Shown here one piece after another: positions 10,781-20,721 of a stretch of 64,000 nt of DNA. Position numbers and translations under genes: made by a program. Location: the IMG/VR virus record IMGVR_UViG_3300047551_002158; one strand, 5' to 3'. Numbering within the stretch: the stretch's first letter is position 1; the number at the start of each line of letters is the position of its first letter. Origin of the DNA: a virus (lineage: Duplodnaviria > Caudoviricetes). The notes beneath the pieces were generated by a model, which did no database searches, was not told the DNA's origin, and saw only the letters and a program-made list of their open reading frames with translations.

Positions 10781-11344
10781 ATGGAAAATTACTATACTTA
10801 TGCCTATCTAAGAGAAAATAAAACACCATATTATATTGGAAAAGGAAAGTGTAAAACTCAAAGACATTTGCATCCGGGACATTATGTTCCTGTTCCACCC
10901 GAAGAAAGAATTTTAATATTAAAAAATAATATAACTGAAGATGAAGCAATAAAACACGAAATCTATATGATTTCTTTATTTGGAAGAAAGGATAATAATA
11001 CTGGAATTTTGAGAAATCTTACGAATGGTGGAGATGGAAAAAGCGGATGGAAAGCATCAAAAGAAACTTGTGAAAAAATAAGTAAATCTTTAATAGGAAA
11101 GAAAAGAACACCAGAGCAGATTGAAAAACATAGAACTGCGATGATTGGGAGAAAACTTTCAGAAGAGCATAAGAAAAAAATAGGAGAAGGTGGTAGGGGT
11201 AAAAAGATGAGCCCTGAAACAATAGAGAAGATGAAAATCGCTGCTAAAAAAAGAGGTAATAATAGGACCGGAACAAAACATTCTGAAGAAACAAAAGAAA
11301 AGATGAGACAATCGCACCTAAAAAGAAATAAAGAGACACTTTAA
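10781..11344 (+). CDS. Free-standing GIY-YIG-like homing endonuclease with NUMOD3 repeats
   Basis: YTYAYL...YYIGKG; HSEETKEKM-type repeats; late promoter TATAAATA at 10748-10755. Confidence 0.85.
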   Translation: MENYYTYAYLRENKTPYYIGKGKCKTQRHLHPGHYVPVPPEERILILKNNITEDEAIKHEIYMISLFGRKDNNTGILRNLTNGGDGKSGWKASKETCEKISKSLIGKKRTPEQIEKHRTAMIGRKLSEEHKKKIGEGGRGKKMSPETIEKMKIAAKKRGNNRTGTKHSEETKEKMRQSHLKRNKETL

Positions 11345-11406
11345 AAACTGGACCACTTGTTTAATTTTTTAATACATAGTATGGTGGTCTGAACCACTCA
11401 AAAACA

Positions 11407-11640
11407 ATGCAAGTCCCAAACTGGAAGCACCATTCCAAAAAAGAACAGAAACGAAAACTTAAACCGCAAGCACTTCGACAAGCAAAAGCAAGACTTGCCC
11501 AGTTCAAAAAGCGTCACATGGGTCGCCCACAAGGCGACCTTTCGTTTTATGATGGTCTCATACGAAACAAACTCCGATGGCCGTTAATCACGAAATCAAG
11601 TCCCAACTCGCCAAATTGCTTGCTACTGAAGACCTTGTAG
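11407..11640 (+). CDS. Small basic hypothetical protein
   Basis: MQVPNWKHHSKKEQKRKLKPQALR; overlaps the start of the next gene. Confidence 0.6.
   Translation: MQVPNWKHHSKKEQKRKLKPQALRQAKARLAQFKKRHMGRPQGDLSFYDGLIRNKLRWPLITKSSPNSPNCLLLKTL
11498..11553 (+). promoter_or_regulatory. Dyad/hairpin/-10 promoter embedded in a coding sequence
   Basis: CCAGTT-N4-AAGCGTCAC, hairpin GGTCGCC-CACAA-GGCGACC, TATGAT starting 39 nt after the AAGCG start. Confidence 0.6.
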
Positions 11641-13757
11641 TTGAGCACAAGAAGGTTGAGACCGCTTGCTTTAACGTTCATACAAGGGTTTTGACCCTTC
11701 CGATGTGGGAGCGTGCTTCTGGGACCGTATACGATATGCTGGTGGGTCACGAAGTTGGACACGCACTCTTCACTCCCGACGAGGATTGGACTGAAACTGT
11801 AAAGGTTCCTCCCCAGTTTGTGAATGTGGTTGAGGATGCCCGTATTGAGAAGTTGATGAAGCGCAAGTATGCTGGACTTGCTAAAACTTTCTTTGGTGGT
11901 TATAAGGAACTGAACGAGCAAGATTTCTTCCAACTTGAGGGTGAGGATGTTTCTACCTTCAATCTTGCTGACCGTGCAAACCTTTATTTCAAGGTAGGGA
12001 ATTTTGTTTCTCTTGAGTTTACTCCTGAAGAGAAAGAGATTGTTGACCTGATTGCTGCTTCTGAAACTTTTGCAGATGTTCTGATTGCCGCAGAAGAACT
12101 TTATAAGCACTGCAAAAAAGAAAAGGAACAAGAAAAGGTTGATGAGATTGATGCTCAACAATCTCAAGGTTCTTCTACTTCTGCTACCGAAACTCAAGCA
12201 GATGAAGGTGAAGGGAATACTGAAGAGAAAGGTGATACGAATGGTCAGTTGGATGAAAATCAACCTTCCGATGGTGATAATCAACAATCTGTTCCTTCTG
12301 GTCCTGAAGAGGATAATGAACCTGAAATCAAGACCGTAGATAATCTTGAGGATAAAATCCGTCAACTTGCAAGCAAGGATGGATATGATAATGTTTATGT
12401 GGAAGTTCCGAAAGTAAATCTGGATACCGTTATTGGTAAGAACTCTGAAGTTCATCGGGAGATTACTTCTGCTTTCAATCAGCAACAGAAATCTTATAAT
12501 GAAATGCATAACACCACTTTAGTTGACTTGTTCAAGGAAGCAGATACTTCTTTCCGACAGTTTAAAGTTTCTGCTCAAAAAGAAGTTAACTATCTGGTGA
12601 AAGAGTTTGAGTGCCGTAAGGCTGCAGATGCTTATTCCCGTGCTTCTACTGCCCGCACAGGAGTTCTTGATACTGCTCGTCTGCATTCTTATAAGTTCAG
12701 TGAGGATTTGTTCAAGAAAGTTACTGTGCTTCCTGACGGTAAAAATCACGGACTGATTTTCATTCTGGATTGGTCAGGTTCTATGGCTAATGTCCTTCTG
12801 GATACTTGCAAGCAACTCTTTAATCTTGTTTGGTTCTGCAAGAAAGTTTCCATTCCTTTTGAGGTTTATGCTTTCACAAATGAGTGGCGTCGTTGCACTT
12901 TTGATTATGAAACTAATCAGCGTGTAGCAGCAGACCGTACTCCTCATTATGAGAAGAAAGAAGGTGTGCTTGCGATTGATGAGGACTTTGCTCTGATGAA
13001 TATTCTTACCAGTAAAGTTTCTGGTAACGAACTGGAAAAGCAACTGATGAATATCTGGCGTCTTGCTGTGTATTTCGGAGATACTTATCACACTCCTTAT
13101 ACCTGTCCTGGCCGTTTGTATTTGTCAGGAACTCCTCTGAATGAGAGTTTGATTGCTCTGCATCAAATTCTTCCGAAGTTTCAGAGTGAGAATAAATTGC
13201 AGAAAGTTCAGTGTGTGATTTTGACTGATGGTGAAGCAAATGTTCTTCCCTATCACCAGGAAATCAAGCGTGCTTGGGATAAAGAACCTTTCATCGGTAC
13301 TCGTGGTATTGGTTCTAATGCTTTTCTGCGAGATAGGAAACTTGGAACAACTTACAACTTTGATTGTATGTATTATCAGGGATATCATAAGTTCACTGAT
13401 GTAATGCTTCGCAATCTTCGTGATAAGTTCCCCTATACCAACTTCATCGGTATTCGTGTTCTTTCCAGTCGTGATGCTCACCGTTTCATCAATCTGTATC
13501 ATTCTGCTTCCGATGCTGACTATAAGCAGTACAACAAAATTCAGGATGATTGGAAGAAACTGAAGAGTTTTACGATTACCAATTCTGGTTATCACGCTTA
13601 CTTTGGTCTCTCTTCTTCTGCTCTGTCTCAAGATGCAGAGTTTGATGTCTCTGATACTGCTACAAAAGCACAAATCAAATCTGCTTTTGTGAAGTCCCTG
13701 AAGACAAAGAAACTCAACAAAAAGGTTCTTGGGGAGTTCATTTCCCTTGTTGCATAA
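11577..13757 (+). CDS. CobT-like protein: N-terminal HExxH peptidase-like domain, acidic linker, vWA domain
   Basis: HEVGH; FILDWSGSM MIDAS; GTPLNE; LTDGE. Confidence 0.88.
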   Translation: MAVNHEIKSQLAKLLATEDLVVEHKKVETACFNVHTRVLTLPMWERASGTVYDMLVGHEVGHALFTPDEDWTETVKVPPQFVNVVEDARIEKLMKRKYAGLAKTFFGGYKELNEQDFFQLEGEDVSTFNLADRANLYFKVGNFVSLEFTPEEKEIVDLIAASETFADVLIAAEELYKHCKKEKEQEKVDEIDAQQSQGSSTSATETQADEGEGNTEEKGDTNGQLDENQPSDGDNQQSVPSGPEEDNEPEIKTVDNLEDKIRQLASKDGYDNVYVEVPKVNLDTVIGKNSEVHREITSAFNQQQKSYNEMHNTTLVDLFKEADTSFRQFKVSAQKEVNYLVKEFECRKAADAYSRASTARTGVLDTARLHSYKFSEDLFKKVTVLPDGKNHGLIFILDWSGSMANVLLDTCKQLFNLVWFCKKVSIPFEVYAFTNEWRRCTFDYETNQRVAADRTPHYEKKEGVLAIDEDFALMNILTSKVSGNELEKQLMNIWRLAVYFGDTYHTPYTCPGRLYLSGTPLNESLIALHQILPKFQSENKLQKVQCVILTDGEANVLPYHQEIKRAWDKEPFIGTRGIGSNAFLRDRKLGTTYNFDCMYYQGYHKFTDVMLRNLRDKFPYTNFIGIRVLSSRDAHRFINLYHSASDADYKQYNKIQDDWKKLKSFTITNSGYHAYFGLSSSALSQDAEFDVSDTATKAQIKSAFVKSLKTKKLNKKVLGEFISLVA

Positions 13758-13783
13758 ATACCTAAAAAGTATTTTTGCGTAAA

Positions 13784-14656
13784 ATGATAACTTATCAAGA
13801 ATTTATTACCGAAATCAAAAGGTATCGTCTCCGTCGTTCTGGCGGAGACCCTTTTACGCATTATAGTGATGGTAAGCAAAAACCACTGGATTTATCTGCT
13901 ATTCACGCTGCAGGTAATGCTGATGCGAAAGCTTCTGTAGGATATAAAGAAAAACGCTTAAAGCAATACAGAAGACAAGAAACTGTGAGAAGGATGGATG
14001 CTGCTGGTAAGAAACTTGGATTGCCTGAAGAGAATGTTCAAGAGTTATTCATTACAAGAAAATCTCCTGAAGAGAGAGCAGACGCAAAAAGAAAGAAACA
14101 AGTAGAAACACTTATTCGTTTAATGAAGCACGCAAAGGACCCTTCTGCTGATGTTGCTAAAACCAAAAAGGAAGATTATGATTTAAGTGAAACTTCCCTT
14201 ACTCGTGTAATGAGTAAGTCAAAAAAAGGTGGTATGGCGATTATGTCTGCTCAAAGAGGAGATAAATCAAAGGCAGAAAACAAAGAACGCTCAAAGCAAC
14301 TTGAGCGTGATGTAAGAGGTGCTGGACTTCCTGGACCTACAAAAGTTGCTGGTAGATACACTGAAAATCCAGGAACACCTGATGAGAAAAAGGTAGGAGA
14401 GAAATCTCATATTATTACTCCAGGTAAAAAAGGCAAAAGGAAGTTTAAGAAAGCGATTGAAAAACTTGGTAAAAAATACAATCAAGATTCAGTTTTAATC
14501 CAACGCAAACCTGGTGGAAGTTCAACTCTTAAAGGAACTTCCAAAACATCTTGGCCTGGTCAAGGTAAAAATGTTAAAATAGGTTCTATGAAACCAGGAA
14601 GAACTGGCGAATTTGATACTAAAGTTAAAAACAAAACATTTACTGTTGAGCATTAA
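13784..14656 (+). CDS. Basic late protein with a T4 IP-like capsid-targeting leader; probable internal head protein
   Basis: Starts MITYQEFITE; CATAAATA at 13753-13760; C-terminal ETSLTRV...SAQRGD domain. Confidence 0.7.
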   Translation: MITYQEFITEIKRYRLRRSGGDPFTHYSDGKQKPLDLSAIHAAGNADAKASVGYKEKRLKQYRRQETVRRMDAAGKKLGLPEENVQELFITRKSPEERADAKRKKQVETLIRLMKHAKDPSADVAKTKKEDYDLSETSLTRVMSKSKKGGMAIMSAQRGDKSKAENKERSKQLERDVRGAGLPGPTKVAGRYTENPGTPDEKKVGEKSHIITPGKKGKRKFKKAIEKLGKKYNQDSVLIQRKPGGSSTLKGTSKTSWPGQGKNVKIGSMKPGRTGEFDTKVKNKTFTVEH

Positions 14657-14658
14657 TT

Positions 14659-14841
14659 ATGAAAAAGTTCCCATTTGAGCACATTGTAAAATACGACACT
14701 CAAGAAGTTTGGGTGAAGTGTGATAGCAGTATTACTGCTATGGGACTTCCTACTCTTGTAAATCAATATTATCCTGGTTATAAAGCAAAAGTTGCAACCG
14801 AAGAATATTTGGACAAGTTACGGAACCAGTTGCTGAACTGA
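14659..14841 (+). CDS. Small hypothetical protein
   Basis: 60-aa ORF in operon context. Confidence 0.65.
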   Translation: MKKFPFEHIVKYDTQEVWVKCDSSITAMGLPTLVNQYYPGYKAKVATEEYLDKLRNQLLN

Positions 14842-14880
14842 CCACTGGGGGTCCTTGAGACCCCTTTTTTGTCCTATAAT
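14824..14880 (+). promoter_or_regulatory. Dyad/hairpin/-10 promoter for cobS
   Basis: AACCAGTT-N4-AACTGACCAC; GGGGTC/GACCCC hairpin; TATAAT 14875-14880. Confidence 0.7.
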
Positions 14881-14908
14881 AACTTCAGTGAAACAAACCA
14901 CTCACATT

Positions 14909-16015
14909 ATGTCTCGCACTAAAATGACCAACGATCAAATCCTTGAAGATCTCAAAAACACTTTTGGAAAAGAATTCACTGCTGCCGATGTTCGCGGATA
15001 CTGTGCTGCTAAAAGCATCTCCTATCAAACTGTTACCAAGCGACTGGAGCAGTTTAAAGTTGGTCGTGGTAAGTGGAACCTGGAAGTGACGCAACGAAAA
15101 GTGGAAGAAATCGAACGTTCCTTTAATTCCGTTGCTGTTCTTCCTGAAGTACATCAAAACCTCATTCCTGATAAAGATGATACCTTCGTCAAGTTTGGTA
15201 ATTTTAACGACGTTAAAAAAATTATTCAGTCCAATCTTTTTTATCCTACGTTTATTACGGGTCTTTCGGGTAACGGTAAAACGTTCTCGGTGGAGCAAGC
15301 GTGTGCTCAACTTAAGCGTGAACTCATCCGTGTGAATATTACGATTGAAACTGATGAGGATGATCTGATCGGTGGTTTCCGTCTTGTGAATGGTGAAACC
15401 GCCTGGCACAACGGTCCCGTGATTGAGGCACTTGAGCGTGGTGCTATCCTGCTTCTGGATGAGATTGACCTTGCCTCTAACAAGATCCTCTGTCTTCAGT
15501 CTGTGCTTGAGGGTAAGGGTGTCTTCCTGAAGAAAATCGGTAAGTTCGTCAAACCTGCCGCTGGTTTCAACGTGATCGCCACCGCAAACACCAAGGGCAA
15601 GGGTTCTGATGATGGACGTTTCATCGGCACCAACGTGCTCAACGAAGCGTTCCTTGAGCGGTTCCCTGTGACCTTTGAGCAGTCCTATCCCGCTCCTTCT
15701 GTGGAACAGAAGATCCTTGAGGGTGTTGCTCTGGATCTTGGTGTGGAAGACCGCGACTTCTGCAAGCGTCTGGTGGACTGGGGTGATATCATCCGCAAGA
15801 CCTTCTACGATGGTGGTATTGAGGAAATCATCAGCACCCGCCGCCTGGTTCATATCATCCGTGCCTACAGCATCTTCCAAGACAAGGCAAAGGCAATCCA
15901 AGTGTGCGTCAATCGTTTCGACGATGAAACCAAACAGGCATTCCTGGAACTGTATGATAAAGTTGATGTTGACTTTGTGATGCCTACTGAGGTTGACCAA
16001 CAAACCCAATCCTGA
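14909..16015 (+). CDS. cobS: CobS-like MoxR-family AAA+ ATPase
   Basis: GLSGNGKT Walker A; LLLDEID Walker B; ATANTKG; NEAFLERF; ISTRRL. Confidence 0.92.
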   Translation: MSRTKMTNDQILEDLKNTFGKEFTAADVRGYCAAKSISYQTVTKRLEQFKVGRGKWNLEVTQRKVEEIERSFNSVAVLPEVHQNLIPDKDDTFVKFGNFNDVKKIIQSNLFYPTFITGLSGNGKTFSVEQACAQLKRELIRVNITIETDEDDLIGGFRLVNGETAWHNGPVIEALERGAILLLDEIDLASNKILCLQSVLEGKGVFLKKIGKFVKPAAGFNVIATANTKGKGSDDGRFIGTNVLNEAFLERFPVTFEQSYPAPSVEQKILEGVALDLGVEDRDFCKRLVDWGDIIRKTFYDGGIEEIISTRRLVHIIRAYSIFQDKAKAIQVCVNRFDDETKQAFLELYDKVDVDFVMPTEVDQQTQS

Positions 16016-16079
16016 TAGAATATGGGAAGGTAATTGTGCCTTCCCTCTTTTTATGATTGATCAAACTTTTACTTTTACT

Positions 16080-16406
16080 ATGACTGAAACAAAAAATCAT
16101 CTTTGGAAATACAACGAAGATAAAATCATTAAGGATATTGAGGATTATGTGACCAGCACTTACGGAAGTCACTACTGCGGTCACAATCAAGAATACAAAG
16201 ACATCCAAACCATTGATCTGATGGCAGCAAAGGATCTTGCTCCTGGTTTCTGTCAGGCAAACATTCTGAAGTATGGTAGTCGTTATGGTGACAAAGATGG
16301 TCGCAACAAACGTGACCTTCTGAAAGTCATTCACTATGCTATGCTTCTGCTTCACTTTGATGGGCATTACTCCCGCAAAGATAACGGTCTCTCTGAATTT
16401 CGCTGA
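16080..16406 (+). CDS. Conserved cyanophage hypothetical protein
   Basis: TYGSHY...NILKYGSRYG.KDG...DLLKVIHYA. Confidence 0.75.
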   Translation: MTETKNHLWKYNEDKIIKDIEDYVTSTYGSHYCGHNQEYKDIQTIDLMAAKDLAPGFCQANILKYGSRYGDKDGRNKRDLLKVIHYAMLLLHFDGHYSRKDNGLSEFR

Positions 16407-16411
16407 TTATT

Positions 16412-17077
16412 ATGAAACTCTCTGACAAAACTCTCACTCTGCTTAAGAACTTTTCTTCGATTAACCAGTCTATTCTGTTTAAGGAAGGTAGTTCGCTCCG
16501 GACAATTTCGGTAATGAAGAACATCTTGGCAGAAGCAACAATCGAAGAAGAACTGCCCAAGGATTTTGGTATCTATGATCTGAACCAGTTTCTGAATGGT
16601 CTGAACCTTCATCAGAATGCAGAACTTGATTTCCAGAACGATGGTTATGTGGTCATCAAAGAAGGTCGGTCTCGCTCCAAGTATTTCTTTGCAGATCCGA
16701 ATGTAATCGTTACTCCGCCAGATAAAGCAATCTCTCTTCCTTCTGAAGATGTTTGTTTTATCCTTGATACTAAAGAACTGGATAAACTTCTTAAGGCTGC
16801 TGCAGTGTATCAATTGCCTGATTTGTCTGTGGTTGGAGAAGCAGGTGTTGTGAAACTGGTGGTTCGTGATAAGAAGAACGATACCTCCAACGATTTCTCT
16901 ATGGTTGTTGGTGAGACTGATGAAGTATTCACTTTTAACTTTAAGGTGGAGAACATTAAGATTATTCCTGGTTCTTATGAGGTGGTGATCTCTTCTAAAC
17001 TTTTGTCACGTTTTAAGAATACTGGGTTTGATGTGACCTATTATATTGCTCTTGAACCTGACAGTACTTTTGGATGA
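16412..17077 (+). CDS. gp45: Sliding clamp (T4 gp45)
   Basis: MKLSDKTLTLLKNFSSINQSI; FGIYDLNQFL; YYIALE. Confidence 0.97.
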   Translation: MKLSDKTLTLLKNFSSINQSILFKEGSSLRTISVMKNILAEATIEEELPKDFGIYDLNQFLNGLNLHQNAELDFQNDGYVVIKEGRSRSKYFFADPNVIVTPPDKAISLPSEDVCFILDTKELDKLLKAAAVYQLPDLSVVGEAGVVKLVVRDKKNDTSNDFSMVVGETDEVFTFNFKVENIKIIPGSYEVVISSKLLSRFKNTGFDVTYYIALEPDSTFG

Positions 17078-17493
17078 TGGAATTTCTTCTTTACCTGACC
17101 CCTATTGGTCGTGATATTATTGGTAATGTAAATAAAGCGGGATACTCAGTTAAAGAGAATATTGGATACTGTAGAGATAAAAACTTTTTTGGATATGCTG
17201 ATTTTGATAAGTTAGTTGTCTGTACTAAAAACATTAAAGAAGGTGGATATGATCTAAAACATTACATAAATGAAACGGTTTATCACGAGGCAACACATAT
17301 TGCTCATATGTGTAAAGGATATAAACCATTTTATATTTCATTAAAAGATATGCCACTTCCCGAAAATAAACTTCAGGATGTTGGAAAATCTGTCAGTATG
17401 TCTACTGCTTCAAGTCAAATGGAACACGAAGCATTTTGGATGGAAGACAAACCAGAAAAAGTGAATTATGTTCTTAAAAAATTCTGCTTTTGA
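17074..17493 (+). CDS. Hypothetical protein with HExxH (possible zinc metallopeptidase)
   Basis: VYHEATHIAH and a distal EHEA motif. Confidence 0.55.
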   Translation: MMEFLLYLTPIGRDIIGNVNKAGYSVKENIGYCRDKNFFGYADFDKLVVCTKNIKEGGYDLKHYINETVYHEATHIAHMCKGYKPFYISLKDMPLPENKLQDVGKSVSMSTASSQMEHEAFWMEDKPEKVNYVLKKFCF

Positions 17494-17495
17494 TT

Positions 17496-18008
17496 ATGAA
17501 CATCTTCGTAACTTCCCCTTGGCCCGCTGAAAGTGCTATCTGTCTCCCCGATAAACATATTGTCAAGATGCCGCTTGAGTGCTGCCAAATGCTCTCTATC
17601 GTGGCATCTGAGAAATGGGGTCGCGGGTATGGCAATCTTTATAAGACTGATAACACACCATATCGAACTGAGAAAGGTGCGTTTCGTAATCATCCCTGTA
17701 CCAAATGGGCACTGGAAAGTATCCACAACGCTTATTGGTTAATTAAGCACGGTCTCAACTTGTGTGATGAGTACACACTGCGGTACAATAAGGTTCACGC
17801 CTGCTACAAGACCCTTGTAGATGCTTATTACCTCTTTCCCAAGGGTAAGATTACTGATGTAACTCCATTCGCTCGTGCGATGCCAGATGAATGGAAACAC
17901 GACAATACTATTGACACATTTGAAGCATACAAGAAATACATCGCGTCCAAACCTTGGGTTGCTGATAATTATCTTCGTATGCCCGAAAGAAAACCTTCGT
18001 GGATTTAA
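17496..18008 (+). CDS. Pyrimidine-dimer DNA glycosylase (DenV)-like family protein
   Basis: MNIF...DKHIVKMPLECCQML; NHPCTKW; FARAMP. Confidence 0.75.
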   Translation: MNIFVTSPWPAESAICLPDKHIVKMPLECCQMLSIVASEKWGRGYGNLYKTDNTPYRTEKGAFRNHPCTKWALESIHNAYWLIKHGLNLCDEYTLRYNKVHACYKTLVDAYYLFPKGKITDVTPFARAMPDEWKHDNTIDTFEAYKKYIASKPWVADNYLRMPERKPSWI

Positions 18009-18010
18009 TT

Positions 18011-18955
18011 ATGGCAAGTGAATTTCTTCTTACAGAAAAGTATCGTCCTCAAGTGATTGAGGATTGTATTCTTCCTGATGATACTAAAAAAACCTTTAAG
18101 GAGTTTGTGGAGAAAGGTGAGATCCCTAATCTCCTTCTTGCAGGACCTCCTGGTATTGGTAAAACTACAATCGCAAAAGCATTATGTAATGAATTGGGGG
18201 CAGATTATTATGTCATCAACGGATCCGACGAAGGACGTTTCTTGGATACTGTACGGAACCAGGCAAAAAACTTTGCTTCGACCGTCTCACTTACGGGATC
18301 TTCTAAACACAAAGTCATCATCATCGATGAGGCTGATAACACAGGAAACGACGTACAACTCCTACTACGGGCAAATATTGAGGCATTTTATAACAACTGC
18401 CGCTTCATCTTCACCTGTAACTATAAGAACAAAATTATCGAACCTCTGCACTCCCGATGTGCAGTCATCGACTTCACAATCCGAGGGAAACAGAAGCAAC
18501 AACTTGCAGCAAGTTTCTTCCAACGCCTCCAAACAATCTTGGATGCGGAAAAGGTTGAGTACGATCAAAAGGTTCTTGCAGAACTTGTATCCAAGCACTT
18601 CCCAGATTTTCGTAGGGTCCTCAATGAATGCCAGAGGTATTCTACAGGCGGAAAGATCGACGCAGGCATTCTTGCATCTTTCTCTGACATCTCTGTAAAT
18701 GAACTCATCAAGAACCTCAAAGACAAAAACTTTCCTGAAGTCAGAAAGTGGGTGGTCTCCAACCTGGACAACGATGCTAACAGTCTACTTCGTAGGGTGT
18801 ATGACGCCTGTTATGATTGCCTTTCACCCCAATCTATTCCTGCTGCCGTTCTTGTTATTGCTAAGTATCAATACCAATGTGCGTTCGTGGCTGATCAAGA
18901 AATTAACCTCCTAGCAGCACTAACTGAACTTATGTGTGAGTGTGAATTCAAATGA
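18011..18955 (+). CDS. gp44: Clamp loader large subunit (T4 gp44)
   Basis: EKYRP; GPPGIGKT; IIDEAD; SRC motif. Confidence 0.97.
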   Translation: MASEFLLTEKYRPQVIEDCILPDDTKKTFKEFVEKGEIPNLLLAGPPGIGKTTIAKALCNELGADYYVINGSDEGRFLDTVRNQAKNFASTVSLTGSSKHKVIIIDEADNTGNDVQLLLRANIEAFYNNCRFIFTCNYKNKIIEPLHSRCAVIDFTIRGKQKQQLAASFFQRLQTILDAEKVEYDQKVLAELVSKHFPDFRRVLNECQRYSTGGKIDAGILASFSDISVNELIKNLKDKNFPEVRKWVVSNLDNDANSLLRRVYDACYDCLSPQSIPAAVLVIAKYQYQCAFVADQEINLLAALTELMCECEFK

Positions 18956-19836
18956 CTTCTCAAAAATCTCTTAAAACTTGTTTAAGGTATCCTGGTGGCA
19001 AAAGTAGAGCAGTCGCCAAAATGGATCCATATTTTCCAGATCTTCGTAACTATGATGAGTTCCGCGAACCATTCCTGGGTGGTGGTTCTGTTGCAATTCA
19101 CGTTACTAAGAAATATCCAAACCTTAAGATTTGGGTGAATGATCTTTATGAACCTCTGGTAAACTTCTGGCAACAACTCCAGATGTTTGGTCCTGAACTC
19201 AAGGATCATTTGCTTCATTTTAAGAGTGTTTGTCCTGATCCAGAGTCGGCACGAGGACTTTTTGACATTTCAAAAACCATCTTGGAGGATCCTGTAACTG
19301 GAAGTTTCGAACGTGCTGTAAGGTTTTATATTGTAAATAAGTGTTCTTTCAGTGGTTTGACTGCAAGTTCTTCTTTCTCTCCTCAGGCATCCAACTCAAA
19401 CTTTAGTGTTCGTGGGATTGAGAAACTTCCCGAATATTCTAAGTTGATTGAAAAGTGGCGTATCACTAATTATTCCTATGATTATTTGATGGATGGGGAG
19501 AGTAGTGCTTTTATGTATCTCGATCCTCCTTATGACATTAAGGATAATCTCTATGGGAACAAGGGATCAATGCATAAAGGATTTGATCACGATAAGTTTG
19601 CTGCTGATTGCGATGCTAACGATATGGATATGTTGGTAAGTTATAATTCGGATCAACTTGTGAAAGATCGCTTTAAGAACTGGAACGCTGCTGAGTTTGA
19701 TCTTACTTACACGATGCGTTCTGTTGGTGAATATATGCGAGAGCAAAAACAACGTAAAGAACTGCTGCTATTTAATTATGGAATTGAAGGACTGGTTAAA
19801 CTCGATCAATCAGACGAAACAGAACTTGATGGATGA
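18952..19836 (+). CDS. dam: DNA adenine methyltransferase (D12/Dam family)
   Basis: LRYPGGKS; EPFLGGGSV; DPPY. Confidence 0.93.
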   Translation: MTSQKSLKTCLRYPGGKSRAVAKMDPYFPDLRNYDEFREPFLGGGSVAIHVTKKYPNLKIWVNDLYEPLVNFWQQLQMFGPELKDHLLHFKSVCPDPESARGLFDISKTILEDPVTGSFERAVRFYIVNKCSFSGLTASSSFSPQASNSNFSVRGIEKLPEYSKLIEKWRITNYSYDYLMDGESSAFMYLDPPYDIKDNLYGNKGSMHKGFDHDKFAADCDANDMDMLVSYNSDQLVKDRFKNWNAAEFDLTYTMRSVGEYMREQKQRKELLLFNYGIEGLVKLDQSDETELDG

Positions 19837-20158
19837 GGATCCTTCTTTAGTGAAGGAATATGCACCATTTATTATTAATCGTTGCTTATCTGGTCACATT
19901 GATTGTGTTCTTTTTGCGAATGAGATGAATATAAATTCTCATTTGGATAAAGATATGCAATATTCTTTTTTTCTAAATACTATAAGAAAAAGGAAGAGAT
20001 TTTCTCCCTGGCTCCGTAAAGATAAAGTTCAAGACTTAGAATGTGTAAAGCGTTATTATGGTTATAGTAACGAGAAGGCATCCCAAGCACTGAAGATTTT
20101 GTCAAAAGAGCAAATCAACTTTATTAAACAACGACTTGAAACTGGCGGAACAAAATGA
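19778..20158 (+). CDS. gp62: Clamp loader small subunit (T4 gp62)
   Basis: LKDWLNSIN; YAPFIINRCLS; RKRKRFSPW. Confidence 0.93.
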   Translation: MELKDWLNSINQTKQNLMDEDPSLVKEYAPFIINRCLSGHIDCVLFANEMNINSHLDKDMQYSFFLNTIRKRKRFSPWLRKDKVQDLECVKRYYGYSNEKASQALKILSKEQINFIKQRLETGGTK

Positions 20159-20595
20159 CTACTCAAACTATTGAACCTCAAGTAAATTGGTCGCAGGACC
20201 AAATGGTTGAAGTTATTCTCAACGAACCTGATGATTTTCTGAAAGTTCGTGAAACTTTGACCCGTATCGGAGTTGCATCCAGAAAGGAGAAAAAACTCTA
20301 TCAATCTTGCCATATTCTTCATAAGCAAGGTAGATATTATATTGTGCATTTTAAAGAGTTGTTTGCTCTCGATGGGAAACACGCAAATCTTACGGTAAAT
20401 GATGTTCAGCGTCGTAATCGTATTGTTCGTTTGCTTGCAGACTGGGGACTTATTACTGTAGTAAAACCAGATTCTGTATCTGATATTGCACCTCTAAATC
20501 AGATTAAGGTACTTTCTTATAAGGATAAGGGAGACTGGATTCTTGAGCAAAAGTATAATATTGGTAAGAAGGGCAAAACTCAAGAAGATGTTTAA
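20155..20595 (+). CDS. regA: Translational repressor RegA
   Basis: DDFLKVRETLTRIG; LYQSCHILHKQGRYYIVHFKELF. Confidence 0.97.
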   Translation: MTTQTIEPQVNWSQDQMVEVILNEPDDFLKVRETLTRIGVASRKEKKLYQSCHILHKQGRYYIVHFKELFALDGKHANLTVNDVQRRNRIVRLLADWGLITVVKPDSVSDIAPLNQIKVLSYKDKGDWILEQKYNIGKKGKTQEDV

Positions 20596-20721
20596 TGCAG
20601 TTTGTTTATTTCTTTTAGTTATCGCTGCGTATACAAATCTTTATTTAAATTTAAAATCTAGAAAAAGACGATAAATAAGTATGAGACCTTCGTGCGGTCT
20701 CTACAAAAGTCGGAACACCCT

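Noticed and set aside
14885-16009. 374-aa reverse-strand ORF (also 11547-12509 and other long antisense ORFs)
   Set aside because: Antisense shadows of cobS/cobT and other real genes; no motifs and no RBS or promoter support.
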